Shown in pieces: positions 10,293 to 19,468 of a stretch of 64,000 bases of DNA. The translations under genes were made by a program, and so were the position numbers. Source of the DNA: an uncultured Clostridia bacterium (lineage in GTDB: Bacteria > Bacillota > Clostridia > Oscillospirales > Ruminococcaceae); NCBI GenBank assembly GCA_947625195.1, contig CANQNK010000003.1, positions 41,890-105,889 on the forward strand, read 5' to 3'. The notes beneath the pieces are model-generated. The model ran no database searches. It was given only the letters and a program-made list of their open reading frames with translations, and was not told the origin of the DNA. Positions within the stretch are counted from its first letter, which is position 1. Every line of letters starts with the position of its first letter.

Positions 10293-11759
10293 TTGAGCAA
10301 AAAGGTTTTGGCGATAGACTTCGGCGCTTCCAGCGGAAGAGCTATAATCGGAGAGTTTGACGGAGAGAGAATATATCTTACCGAGATACACCGATTCTCA
10401 AATGACCCGGTAATTTTAGGCGGCACGATGTACTGGGATGTGCTGAGGCTGTTTCACGAGATAAAGCAAAGCCTTATCAAGGCGAAGGAGTACGGTGAGA
10501 TCGACAGCCTTGCAATAGACACCTGGGGAGTGGATTTCGGGCTTTTGGACGCAGACGGCAGACTGATTGACAACCCCGTTCACTACCGTGATTCAAGAAC
10601 ATCCGGTATGCTTGACGAGGCGTTTAAAATTATTCCAAAGGACGAGCTTTATAAAGCTACCGGCAATCAGTTTATGGAGATAAACACAGCTTTTCAGCTA
10701 TTATCTCTTGTAAAAAACCGTCCCGAGTTATTAAGCCGCGCAGACAAAATGCTAATGATGCCCGACCTGTTTTCGTATTTTTTAAGCGGTCAGAAGGTGG
10801 CGGAGCGATCTATCGCTTCTACAACACAGCTTTTTGATCAGATTGAAAAGGACTGGTCTTATGACACCGCCAGAAATTTGGGGATAGACGTAAATCTTTT
10901 GCCGAAAATTGTCGAGAGCGGAACTTATATAGGTACTCTTTCACCTGAGATTTGCAGAGAGCTTGACATTAACCCTATAAAAATAATCGCCGTGTGCGGA
11001 CACGACACACAGTCCGCTCTGGTGGCAACACCGGCTAAGGAAAAGGACTTTGCCTTTTTGTCAAGCGGAACATGGTCGCTTCTCGGCACCGAGCTTGACG
11101 AGCCGATAGTAGATGAAAATTCGCTGAGACTCAATGTTACCAATGAGCAGGGATATGCGGGCAAGACATCTTTTCTTAAAAACATTATCGGGTTGTGGCT
11201 TATTCAGGAAAGCCGCAGACAGTGGATCCGGGAGGGCAGAGAGTACTCGTTTATGGAGCTTGAAGCCTTGGCAAAGGAAGCCGAGCCGTTTAAGTGCTTT
11301 ATTGATCCCGACGCTAATGAGTTTACCCCGGCAGGGAATATTCCCGAGAGGATAAAAAAATACTGCGAAAAAACAGGCCAGTATATCCCTCAAACAGTCG
11401 GAGAAATAATGCGCTGCATTTACGAGAGCCTGGCGCTTAAATACCGCGCGGCGATATCAGAGCTTGAGGCCTGCACAGGCAAAAGGTTCAAGACGCTTTA
11501 TATGATCGGCGGCGGAACAAAAGACAGATTTTTGTCATCTCTTACAGCCTGCTCCTGCGGCATTACGGTGTCGTCTGGGCCGGTTGAGGCTACAGCTTTT
11601 GGAAACATTGCAATTCAGCTTATGACAACAGGCGACATCAAAGGCCTTGACAGAGCGAGAGAGATAGTTTGCAAAAGCGAACGGATATACACCTATGAGC
11701 CTAAAAACACCGAGGCGTGGGACAAGGCGTATCAGAGATTTCTTTCGGCGGTGAGATAG
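10293..11759 (+). CDS. FGGY-family sugar kinase, rhamnulokinase-like (putative L-fuculokinase from context)
   Basis: TTG start. The N-terminus (AIDFGASSGR...HRFSN) is typical of RhaB-type kinases. The gene sits between fucI and fucU/fucA. Confidence 0.85.
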   Translation: MSKKVLAIDFGASSGRAIIGEFDGERIYLTEIHRFSNDPVILGGTMYWDVLRLFHEIKQSLIKAKEYGEIDSLAIDTWGVDFGLLDADGRLIDNPVHYRDSRTSGMLDEAFKIIPKDELYKATGNQFMEINTAFQLLSLVKNRPELLSRADKMLMMPDLFSYFLSGQKVAERSIASTTQLFDQIEKDWSYDTARNLGIDVNLLPKIVESGTYIGTLSPEICRELDINPIKIIAVCGHDTQSALVATPAKEKDFAFLSSGTWSLLGTELDEPIVDENSLRLNVTNEQGYAGKTSFLKNIIGLWLIQESRRQWIREGREYSFMELEALAKEAEPFKCFIDPDANEFTPAGNIPERIKKYCEKTGQYIPQTVGEIMRCIYESLALKYRAAISELEACTGKRFKTLYMIGGGTKDRFLSSLTACSCGITVSSGPVEATAFGNIAIQLMTTGDIKGLDRAREIVCKSERIYTYEPKNTEAWDKAYQRFLSAVR

Positions 11760-11852
11760 CTCCGGCTAGGCTGATTTGAGTGTCAACATAAAAAGCATAA
11801 GACGTTTTTTTAAGTGATGATGCCTGTATACTTAATGAAAGGAATGATAAAA

Positions 11853-12287
11853 ATGCTTAAAAATATACCTGCAATACTTTCTCCAGAGCTTTTAAAAACG
11901 CTCTGCGAAATGGGGCACAGTGACAGAATAGTTATCGCAGACGGGAATTTTCCCTGCGAAAGCATGGGCAAAAACGCAAAGGTGATCCGCTGCGACGGAC
12001 ACGGCGTACCTGAGTTGCTTGACGCTATACTAACGCTGTTTCCACTGGACACCTATGTCGATAAGCCCGTGAATCTTATGCAGGTAATGCCGGGGGACAA
12101 TGCAGAAACCCCGATCTGGGAGGAATATAAGGCGATAGTCAAAAAGCATGACGGGCGTGGCGAGGACGCAATAGGTGAGATCGAGCGGTTTTCTTTTTAT
12201 GAGGAAGCGAAATCTGCCTACGCTATTATCGCAACAGGCGAAAAGGCTATTTACGCAAATATAATGCTTCAAAAAGGCGTAGTGTAA
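11853..12287 (+). CDS. fucU: L-fucose mutarotase (RbsD/FucU family)
   Basis: The product starts MLKNIPAILSPELLKTLCEMGHSDRIVIADGNFP, a RbsD/FucU signature. I moved the start to the internal ATG at 11853, giving about 144 aa. Confidence 0.85.
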   Translation: MLKNIPAILSPELLKTLCEMGHSDRIVIADGNFPCESMGKNAKVIRCDGHGVPELLDAILTLFPLDTYVDKPVNLMQVMPGDNAETPIWEEYKAIVKKHDGRGEDAIGEIERFSFYEEAKSAYAIIATGEKAIYANIMLQKGVV

Positions 12288-12311
12288 TAATTTTGACAAG
12301 GAGAGATTTTG

Positions 12312-12989
12312 ATGTACGAAGATATCAAGGAAGTAATGGTTGACATTTGCCATAAAATGTGGCAGAAGGGTTGGGTTGCCGCAAACGACGGAAATCTTAC
12401 CGTAAAGGTTGGTGAGGGCAGATACCTGGCAACTCAGACGGGTGTGAGCAAGTGCTTTATAACTCCCGAAAAGATAGGACTTATCGATGATGACTTTAAC
12501 ATTTTGGAAGCGGCGGACGGTTTCAGGCCGTCCTCTGAGGTCAAGATGCACTTAAGATGCTATCACGAGCGCCCCGACGTAGGCGCGGTGCTTCACGCTC
12601 ATCCGCCTGTTGCAACAGGCTTTGCGGTTGCCAACATTCCGCTTGATGAATATTCGATGATAGAAACGGTTATCGGGCTTGGATCAATTCCGGTAACTCC
12701 TTACGGAACGCCCTCTACTTATGAGGTTCCGGACGCCATAACACCATACCTTAAGGAGCACGATGCTATGCTCTTGCAGAATCACGGGGCGCTTACCGTA
12801 GGAGACAACGCAATTGGCGCATATTATAAAATGGAAACGCTTGAGCTGTTTGCTCAGATTTCCTTAAACGCAAGACTTTTAGGCGGCGCGCAGGAAATAT
12901 CCCGTGAAAACATCGACAGACTCATTTCTATGAGACCGAAATACGGCTGCACCGGAAAGCATCCGGGGTATAAAAAATACAGCAAGTAA
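12312..12989 (+). CDS. fucA: L-fuculose-phosphate aldolase (class II aldolase/adducin family)
   Basis: The ATG at 12312 lies 7 nt after AGGAGA. Class II aldolase motifs are present (NDGNLT; HAHPP zinc ligands). It sits next to fucI/fucU. Confidence 0.85.
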   Translation: MYEDIKEVMVDICHKMWQKGWVAANDGNLTVKVGEGRYLATQTGVSKCFITPEKIGLIDDDFNILEAADGFRPSSEVKMHLRCYHERPDVGAVLHAHPPVATGFAVANIPLDEYSMIETVIGLGSIPVTPYGTPSTYEVPDAITPYLKEHDAMLLQNHGALTVGDNAIGAYYKMETLELFAQISLNARLLGGAQEISRENIDRLISMRPKYGCTGKHPGYKKYSK

Positions 12990-12991
12990 TT

Positions 12992-13026
12992 AAAACCCGG
13001 GAACATACGATTCGTTCCCGGGTTTT
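12992..13026. terminator. Bidirectional intrinsic terminator (fucA versus the chromate-transporter genes)
   Basis: AAAACCCGGGAAC pairs with GTTCCCGGGTTTT. The perfect 13-bp arms include the flanking A and T tracts. Confidence 0.8.
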
Positions 13027-13045
13027 GTAGTATAAACTTTTAATT

Positions 13046-13642
13046 CTACAATGCTTCCTGCAATATGCCTACCAGCAGTCCTGCGGCGGCGGCTATCAGT
13101 ATCATAAAAATAGGGTGAAGCTTTTTCAGTATCAGGACAAGGCATATAGCGTAAATGACTAAAGACGAAATGACGTTTATGCTTATTATCTCGCTCGGGT
13201 CAAAGCCGTTCGGGAAAAACACCGCGCGGGCAAGGTTTATCAGCGCTGCGGCAATAAGCCCTATAACCGTAGGCCTTAGGCCTGACATTACTCCAGAAAC
13301 AACCGTGCTTTTTTTAAACTGTTGATAAAATTTTGCTACCAGCAAAATTATGAAAAACGACGGTGTTATTACCCCAAGTGTTGCGAATGCGCCGCCTGCT
13401 ATCTGTCCTAAAACGCCGTATTGCGAGCACACCTGAGAGCCGATATAGGTTGAGATATTTACCGCAAAGGTTCCCGGAGTTGATTCGGATACGGCGATAA
13501 AATTTATAAGTTCGCTTTGTGAAAGCCAGTTTCGGGAGATTATCTCCTCCTGAATAAGCGGAATCATTGCATATCCTCCGCCAATGGTGAAAAGTCCTAT
13601 TTTTGCGAACGTCAAGTACAGGCTCAAAGCGGAAAGTATCAC
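13046..13642 (-). CDS. Chromate transporter family protein (short CHR half, second of a pair)
   Basis: FTIGGGYAMIPLIQEE is a ChrA-family signature. The product is a 198-aa polytopic membrane protein. It overlaps the upstream paralogue by 4 nt. Confidence 0.85.
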   Translation of the reverse strand: MILSALSLYLTFAKIGLFTIGGGYAMIPLIQEEIISRNWLSQSELINFIAVSESTPGTFAVNISTYIGSQVCSQYGVLGQIAGGAFATLGVITPSFFIILLVAKFYQQFKKSTVVSGVMSGLRPTVIGLIAAALINLARAVFFPNGFDPSEIISINVISSLVIYAICLVLILKKLHPIFMILIAAAAGLLVGILQEAL

Positions 13643-14214
13643 TTCTTTTCACTCTCCTCTTTGTTATTTTTGTAAATTAAAGAGGACACAAGCCCTATCA
13701 CAGCGCAAGTTATGAGAACTATTATAAGATTTATGTCAAATATAACCGACGCTGCCAGAGATCCAAGCATAAGGATATATGCCAGAGTGTTTTTCGGGCA
13801 TTGCCTGAACATAGCTATCATAGCCTTGGTTATCAGCGCGAGAACTCCCGCCTGTATGCCCATAAAGGCATACTGCACATATTTCTGAGATTCAAACCAG
13901 CCGAGAACGCTTGATATAATAAGTATGAAAATATAGGGAGGAAGAATAAGCCCTATAGTTGCAAAAACAGAACCCCAAAAGCCGGCAATATGCTGTCCGA
14001 TAAATGTGGCGGAGTTTACCGAAATTGCCCCCGGTGTTGACTGACTTATTGCGATTATATCAAGTATATCCTCTTTTTCGATATAATGATGGCTGTCTAC
14101 AAACTCTTTTTGCATAATGGGGATCATCGCGTAGCCTCCGCCAAAGGTGAACGCTCCAATTTTAAAAAACTGAATGAAAAGGGATAAACATCTTTTTATT
14201 TTGCTGTCCTTCAT
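13639..14214 (-). CDS. Chromate transporter family protein (short CHR half, first of a pair)
   Basis: FTFGGGYAMIPIMQKE is a ChrA-family signature. The product is a 191-aa membrane protein. Confidence 0.85.
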   Translation of the reverse strand: MKDSKIKRCLSLFIQFFKIGAFTFGGGYAMIPIMQKEFVDSHHYIEKEDILDIIAISQSTPGAISVNSATFIGQHIAGFWGSVFATIGLILPPYIFILIISSVLGWFESQKYVQYAFMGIQAGVLALITKAMIAMFRQCPKNTLAYILMLGSLAASVIFDINLIIVLITCAVIGLVSSLIYKNNKEESEKK

Positions 14215-14320
14215 AAAAACCTCCGGGTCTGGTATTCTTAAGCATTAAGGACGAAGATATTATCTTCGTCCTTTTAGTATACCACATATGTCGAAAATTA
14301 CAAGTGAGTTTAATTAAGTT

Positions 14321-14887
14321 TTACAACCGCAGTCCTGACGCTTTGATCGCCTTTGATACCGAAAATCCCAGTGCGCAGGCGCACGCTATCTTAATAAAGT
14401 CTGCCCAGATAAATGGTATTACACAGGCTGAAAGCGCAACGGCAACGGTTGTATCCATACAGATAACAAACCACACGGTTCCAAGCGCATAGCAAACGAC
14501 CATAGATAAAAGCATTGAAACAGCCATAGACAGAATATGTGCGGCGTTCCCCCTTTTTTTAAATGAAAAAACTGTAAGGGAAATAATTATTGCCATAAAC
14601 GGATAGGCTATCAGAAAGCCGCCGGTCGGTCCCGCAAGAACCTGTATTCCGCCTTTGAAATTAGAGAACACCGGTATTCCCACTGCGCCGATGAGTATGT
14701 AAACTACCGTCGAAATAGCAGAGATCCTCCACGGCAAAAGAGCGCCCGTAAGGAAAATGCAAAAGGTTCCTAATGTGACAGGTACGGGTCCTATCGACAC
14801 GGACATAGGCGAAAGAACACAGGTAAGCGCCGTTAGCACCGCCGCTGTGCACATTTCTTTTACTGAGAATTTTGTTATGCTGTTCAT
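14321..14887 (-). CDS. bioY: Biotin transporter, ECF S-component BioY
   Basis: A 188-aa, six-TM protein with BioY-like sequence (PVPVTLGTFCIFLTGALL). It lies immediately downstream of birA. Confidence 0.9.
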   Translation of the reverse strand: MNSITKFSVKEMCTAAVLTALTCVLSPMSVSIGPVPVTLGTFCIFLTGALLPWRISAISTVVYILIGAVGIPVFSNFKGGIQVLAGPTGGFLIAYPFMAIIISLTVFSFKKRGNAAHILSMAVSMLLSMVVCYALGTVWFVICMDTTVAVALSACVIPFIWADFIKIACACALGFSVSKAIKASGLRL

Positions 14888-14914
14888 AATTTTGAAATCC
14901 CTTCGTATGTATAT

Positions 14915-15886
14915 TTAAAGCTTTACGGAAACCTCTCCTGAAGAAAGCCATTTTTCTTCGCCGCTTTTAAACCGAACCTTAAGCCGGCAGTTTCTGTCTA
15001 TTTCAAGGGCGGTAGCTTCCGCTATACTGCCGCCGTCGATCACGCGCACCTTTTTGCCAAGCAGCAGCGAGCGGTCGGTATATTCCTTTAAAAACGCTCT
15101 TTCGGATATACTTCTGTAAAGCGGGAAAAACCGCTTTATAATCTCTGCCGCAAGCTGCGCACGGTGCGCTTTTTCCCCGCTTTTAAAAAGCGCACCGACT
15201 ATGTCGTTGAGCTCATCTGGAAAACCGCCGTCTGGCTCGGTTAAATTTACTCCTATCCCGACGACCGCATAGCTTAATCCGCCTACCTCGACATCGGTCG
15301 AAGCCTCTGTCAAAATGCCGCAGACTTTTTTGCCTTCGACAAAGATGTCATTTACCCACTTAATAAGCGCCCTTTTACCCGAAATTTTCTCAATCGCTCC
15401 CGCTACCGCCACGGCTGCTGAGGACGTGATCATAAGGCATTCTGAAAGCGGTATATCCGGGCGAAGAACAATGCTTAAATATACCCCCGTTTTGTCAGGA
15501 GAATAAAACGACCTGCCCAGCCTCCCCTTGCCGCCGGTCTGGCTCTGTGCGATAATTACCGTGCCTTCTTTTGCGCCTTTTGCGGCAAGCTCTTTGGCGT
15601 AATCGTTTGTGGACGACACGGTGTCAAGCACCGTTATTTCAAGTGCTTCTTCAAAGCCAGATAAAAAGCTTTTTACCGTGTCAGCGCTTAGTGTGTCGGG
15701 TGTGCTTATCAGCCGATAGCCACGGTTTGTAGAAGCCTCTATCTTAAAGCCGCTGCTTCTGAGTGATCTAACCGCCTTCCATATGGCATTTCTGCTGCAA
15801 AAAAGCTTTTTTGACAAAGCCTCTCCCGATATAAAGTTTCCCTCATTTTTTATAAGAGCCGCAAGCAGCCCGGATTTTATACTCAT
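14915..15886 (-). CDS. birA: Bifunctional biotin-[acetyl-CoA-carboxylase] ligase and biotin operon repressor
   Basis: An N-terminal winged HTH (ISGEALSKKLFCSRNAIWKAVRSLR) is followed by a ligase core with the GRGRLGR-type motif (GGKGRLGRSF). Confidence 0.9.
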   Translation of the reverse strand: MSIKSGLLAALIKNEGNFISGEALSKKLFCSRNAIWKAVRSLRSSGFKIEASTNRGYRLISTPDTLSADTVKSFLSGFEEALEITVLDTVSSTNDYAKELAAKGAKEGTVIIAQSQTGGKGRLGRSFYSPDKTGVYLSIVLRPDIPLSECLMITSSAAVAVAGAIEKISGKRALIKWVNDIFVEGKKVCGILTEASTDVEVGGLSYAVVGIGVNLTEPDGGFPDELNDIVGALFKSGEKAHRAQLAAEIIKRFFPLYRSISERAFLKEYTDRSLLLGKKVRVIDGGSIAEATALEIDRNCRLKVRFKSGEEKWLSSGEVSVKL

Positions 15887-15915
15887 TGTTGTGCACTCTC
15901 CTTAAACATAGGTAA

Positions 15916-15968
15916 AGTATAACAAATATAAAATTTATTGTCAACTTGATTTACATAAAAGGTGACAA
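15916..15968 (-). promoter_or_regulatory. birA-bioY promoter overlapped by a putative BirA operator
   Basis: On the minus strand the promoter is TTGACA (15939-15944), a 17-nt spacer, then TATACT (15916-15921) with a TGn extension. The inverted repeat is TTGTCAAC (15938-15945), 15 nt, then GGTGACAA (15961-15968), and it covers the -35. Confidence 0.6.
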
Positions 15969-16044
15969 TGTAGCTAAACGGGTAATTTTACGGCAAAGTA
16001 ACCGCCGCAGGAATTATCCTTGCGGCGTCTGAACAGCTATAAAT

Positions 16045-16317
16045 CTATCTTCTCTTACGTTTTTTCTTATCGTTATCGTCTTCGATAAAAAACGGGGAGA
16101 CGTATTCTTCCTCTTTCTTTTTAGCCGGCTTTTTGGTCGGCGCGGTGCTGTTTAATGATAAAGCACTGCTTATCAAAACTATTGAAAATACTACGGGAGG
16201 AAAAACAAATATTACGCTTAAACTCCAAAACGATACCGCTATTATCGCCAAAACCGCCAGCGCGGCGCAGGCGATTCCCGCAATTATCATATATGTTTTT
16301 GTACTAAAGTTTTTCAT
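16045..16317 (-). CDS. Small hypothetical membrane protein (2 TM helices and a Lys-rich tail)
   Basis: A 90-aa ORF with two hydrophobic helices and a KKPAKKKEEE...KKKRKRR tail. I recognise no family. Confidence 0.5.
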   Translation of the reverse strand: MKNFSTKTYMIIAGIACAALAVLAIIAVSFWSLSVIFVFPPVVFSIVLISSALSLNSTAPTKKPAKKKEEEYVSPFFIEDDNDKKKRKRR

Positions 16318-16357
16318 AGCGTTGCCTTTCTTAAAGCCCGTCGTTTTGTAATGCGCA

Positions 16358-17785
16358 TTATACGTTTATTTCTACCGTTTCCTTCTTATATCCGCTGCCG
16401 TCAAGAATAGGCAAAACGCAGTCTTTTATAAACTCGTCCACCTGCTCGGAGCTTCTTCCTATAAAGTTTTCGGGTTTTAGTATCTCGTCCATTTCTTCCC
16501 TGGTTATCATAAACATGGGGTCTGCCAAAATAAGCTCGCACAGGTTGTTGTCAAGACCCTCGTCCTTGACTCTGGCGCCCGCTTTCATAGAATACTCTCT
16601 TATCCTTTCGTGAAGCTCCTGACGGTCTCCGCCTTTTTTAACGGCGCTCATCATAATGTTTTCGGTAGCCATAAACGGAAGCTCCGCCATAACTCTTTTT
16701 TTGATTATCTTTTCATGTACTACTAGCCCGTCGGTTACGTTAAGCATAATGTTCAAGATAGCGTCAACGCCCAGAAAAGCCTCCGCAATGGAAATCCGCT
16801 TGTTTGCAGAGTCGTCAAGAGTGCGCTCAAACCACTGTGTTCCCGCTGTGAACGCAGGATTGAGCATATCCGCCATAACGTAGCGGGAAAGCGAGGTTAT
16901 TCTTTCGCACCGCATAGGATTGCGCTTGTACGCCATTGCTGACGAGCCTATCTGATTTTTTTCAAACGGCTCCTCGATCTCTTTGAAGCTTTGCAGTATC
17001 CTTATGTCATTTGAAAACTTAGACGCGCTTTGGGCTATTCCCGAAAGTGTAGCTACTATAGCTGAATCTACCTTTCTTGAATAAGTCTGCCCCGAAACGG
17101 GAACTACTCCCGAAAAGCCCATTTCTTCAGCTATCATTTTTTCAAGCGCTTTTATCTTTTCGCTGTCGCCTTCAAAAAGCTCGACAAAGGATGCCTGTGT
17201 TCCGGTTGTTCCTTTAGAGCCTAAAAGTTTTAAATTTTTAAGCCTGAAATCAATCTCCTCAATATCCATTAAAAGCTCGTTGCACCAGAGTGTTGCGCGC
17301 TTGCCGACGGTGGTTAGCTGCGCCGGCTGAAGATGCGTATATGCAAGACATGCAAGCCCCTTGTACTTTTCGGCAAAATCTTTAAGCTGAGATATAACGC
17401 CTATGAGTTTTCTCCTTACTATATTAAGCGCATCTCTCATAATAATAACGTCTGTGTTGTCGCCCACATAGCAGGAGGTGGCGCCGAGGTGGATTATTCC
17501 CTTTGCATTGGGACAAGCCTTTCCGTATGTATATACGTGCGCCATTACGTCGTGACGCACAAGCTTTTCACGTTCGGCTGCGGTTTTGTAGTCAATGTTG
17601 TCGACATTATCCTCAAGCTCCTTTACCTGCTCTTCGGTTATAGGCAGGCCGAGCTTCATCTGTGCTCTTGCAAGTGCAACCCATAATCTGCGCCAGGTGG
17701 TAAACTTCTTGTCAGCAGAAAAGACATACTGCATTTCCTTGCTTGCGTATCTTGTACAAAACGGACTTTCATAGCTGTTTGTCAT
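16358..17785 (-). CDS. purB: Adenylosuccinate lyase
   Basis: A 475-aa product with the fumarate-lyase superfamily signature (GSSAMAYKRNP) and a PurB-type N-terminus. Confidence 0.95.
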   Translation of the reverse strand: MTNSYESPFCTRYASKEMQYVFSADKKFTTWRRLWVALARAQMKLGLPITEEQVKELEDNVDNIDYKTAAEREKLVRHDVMAHVYTYGKACPNAKGIIHLGATSCYVGDNTDVIIMRDALNIVRRKLIGVISQLKDFAEKYKGLACLAYTHLQPAQLTTVGKRATLWCNELLMDIEEIDFRLKNLKLLGSKGTTGTQASFVELFEGDSEKIKALEKMIAEEMGFSGVVPVSGQTYSRKVDSAIVATLSGIAQSASKFSNDIRILQSFKEIEEPFEKNQIGSSAMAYKRNPMRCERITSLSRYVMADMLNPAFTAGTQWFERTLDDSANKRISIAEAFLGVDAILNIMLNVTDGLVVHEKIIKKRVMAELPFMATENIMMSAVKKGGDRQELHERIREYSMKAGARVKDEGLDNNLCELILADPMFMITREEMDEILKPENFIGRSSEQVDEFIKDCVLPILDGSGYKKETVEINV

Positions 17786-17806
17786 TTGTCATTCCTCCGT
17801 GTAAAA

Positions 17807-19441
17807 TCATTCTACAGATATAATGTAATAGTAGACCGGTTGCCCGCCGTTTATCATGCTGACCTCAAGGTTCTGGTATTTGTTTTCAAGCTGGGTTAAA
17901 AGCTTTTCTGAATCCGATTGGGACACATCAGCTCCGTATATTACGGTGATAAACTGGCTGTCTCCGTTTATAAGCTTTTTGGTGAGCTTGTAGGCGGCTT
18001 TGTGAACATCGTCCTCTACAAATGAAAGCCTGTTTTCCTCAAGCGCCAGAATATCTCCCTGCTTGATCTTATGGTTGTCAAAGTCGCTGTCACGCGCCGC
18101 GAATGTGACAAGTCCTGTGGATACCTTTTCAAAGGCCTTTGTCATTTCGGTGCGGTTCGTATTAAAGTCGGCGTCCGGATCAAAGCCAAACATAGCGCTC
18201 ATTCCCTGAGGGATGGTTCTGGTCTGCAAAACGCAAACTTTTCTGTCTGCAAGCTTTGCCGCCTGCTCCGCCGCCATAATAATGTTTTTGTTATTAGGCA
18301 TAACGAAAACCGTTTCCGCCGGGCAGGAGAATATTGCACTCAGTATGTCATCGGTTGAGGGATTCATTGTCTGCCCGCCTGAAACTACAATGTCTACGCC
18401 CATATCCTTAAACACAGTCTCAAGTCCGTATCCGGCCGCAACCGCCACAAAGCCGTATTCTTTCTCCGGCTTGACGGGAGTAAAGCCCGCTTTATCCGTC
18501 GATTTCTTTTTGCCGTCGTGCTGAAGGCGCATGTTTTCAATCTTCGGAAGATTTATACTGCCGAACTCAAGTCCCTTTTCAATAGCCTTTCCGGGATTGT
18601 TTGTGTGAACGTGAACCTTGATTATGTCGTCATCTTCAACAACTACAACGCAGTCGCCTATGGTCTCCAGATAAGCTCTTAAGTTTTTGGAATCCTTGCT
18701 GTCGGGCTCTTTCTTTATAAGCATTTCGGTGCAGTAGGTAAAGTTTATCTCTTCGTCAAAATCGCCTACCGCAGTGGAAAAATTTTCTGTTGTTATCTTG
18801 GGCTTTGGTTTTTCTTTTGCCTCTACCGCCTTCTTGCCGCTGATAACGTCCGCGATAGCCGAGAAAATTATAATAAAGCCTTTGCCGCCTGCGTCAACTA
18901 CACCTGCTTTTTTTAGCGCGGAAAGCTGTTCGGGAGTTTTCTTAAGAGCCTCGTTTGCCGCTGAAAGGGTTTTGCTTAAGACCTCGTTGATGTCGTCCGT
19001 TTCTGAAGCCGCGTTTTGCGCCGTTTCAGCCGCAACTCGAGCAACGGTTAGTATAGTTCCCTCAGTCGGCTTCATTATCGACTGATATGCGTTTTCAACT
19101 CCTATACTCAGCGCTTCGGCAAAATCAGCGACGCTGGCCTCCGCCTTATCCTTAAACGCTTTTTTAAATCCCCTGAAAATAAGCGAAAGTATTACTCCGC
19201 TGTTTCCTCTTGCGCCGCGGAGAAGAGCTGACGCTGCAACCTCCGCTACCGAGGACACCGTACAGCTGTCCCTGAGATTCTTAAGCTCTGCCAAGGCGTT
19301 TCCCATCGTCATTGACATATTGGTTCCGGTATCTCCGTCTGGCACCGGAAAAACGTTCAGCTCGTCAACTGAAACACGCTCGTTTGCTATGCTGTTTGCG
19401 CCGCTGATAAACGCATTTCTTAATACGCTCCCCTTTATCAT
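17807..19441 (-). CDS. yloV: DAK2 domain fusion protein, YloV family
   Basis: An N-terminal DAK2 domain (DGDTGTNM) plus a C-terminal DegV-like region, 544 aa. It is paired with an Asp23 gene, as in the Bacillus yloU-yloV pair. Confidence 0.9.
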   Translation of the reverse strand: MIKGSVLRNAFISGANSIANERVSVDELNVFPVPDGDTGTNMSMTMGNALAELKNLRDSCTVSSVAEVAASALLRGARGNSGVILSLIFRGFKKAFKDKAEASVADFAEALSIGVENAYQSIMKPTEGTILTVARVAAETAQNAASETDDINEVLSKTLSAANEALKKTPEQLSALKKAGVVDAGGKGFIIIFSAIADVISGKKAVEAKEKPKPKITTENFSTAVGDFDEEINFTYCTEMLIKKEPDSKDSKNLRAYLETIGDCVVVVEDDDIIKVHVHTNNPGKAIEKGLEFGSINLPKIENMRLQHDGKKKSTDKAGFTPVKPEKEYGFVAVAAGYGLETVFKDMGVDIVVSGGQTMNPSTDDILSAIFSCPAETVFVMPNNKNIIMAAEQAAKLADRKVCVLQTRTIPQGMSAMFGFDPDADFNTNRTEMTKAFEKVSTGLVTFAARDSDFDNHKIKQGDILALEENRLSFVEDDVHKAAYKLTKKLINGDSQFITVIYGADVSQSDSEKLLTQLENKYQNLEVSMINGGQPVYYYIISVE

Positions 19442-19468
19442 CTTAAAGGTCCCCCTTGTTTTTGTCTG

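Noticed and set aside
12030-12551. A 173-aa minus-strand ORF spanning the fucU/fucA junction
   Set aside because: It overlaps two confidently called plus-strand genes and has no start context or family resemblance.
13314-13652. An alternative-frame 112-aa ORF inside the chromate-transporter gene, and the similar 96-aa ORF at 14661-14951 across bioY/birA
   Set aside because: Both are same-strand overlapping frames within genes that have clear family signatures. The products are Arg-rich nonsense.
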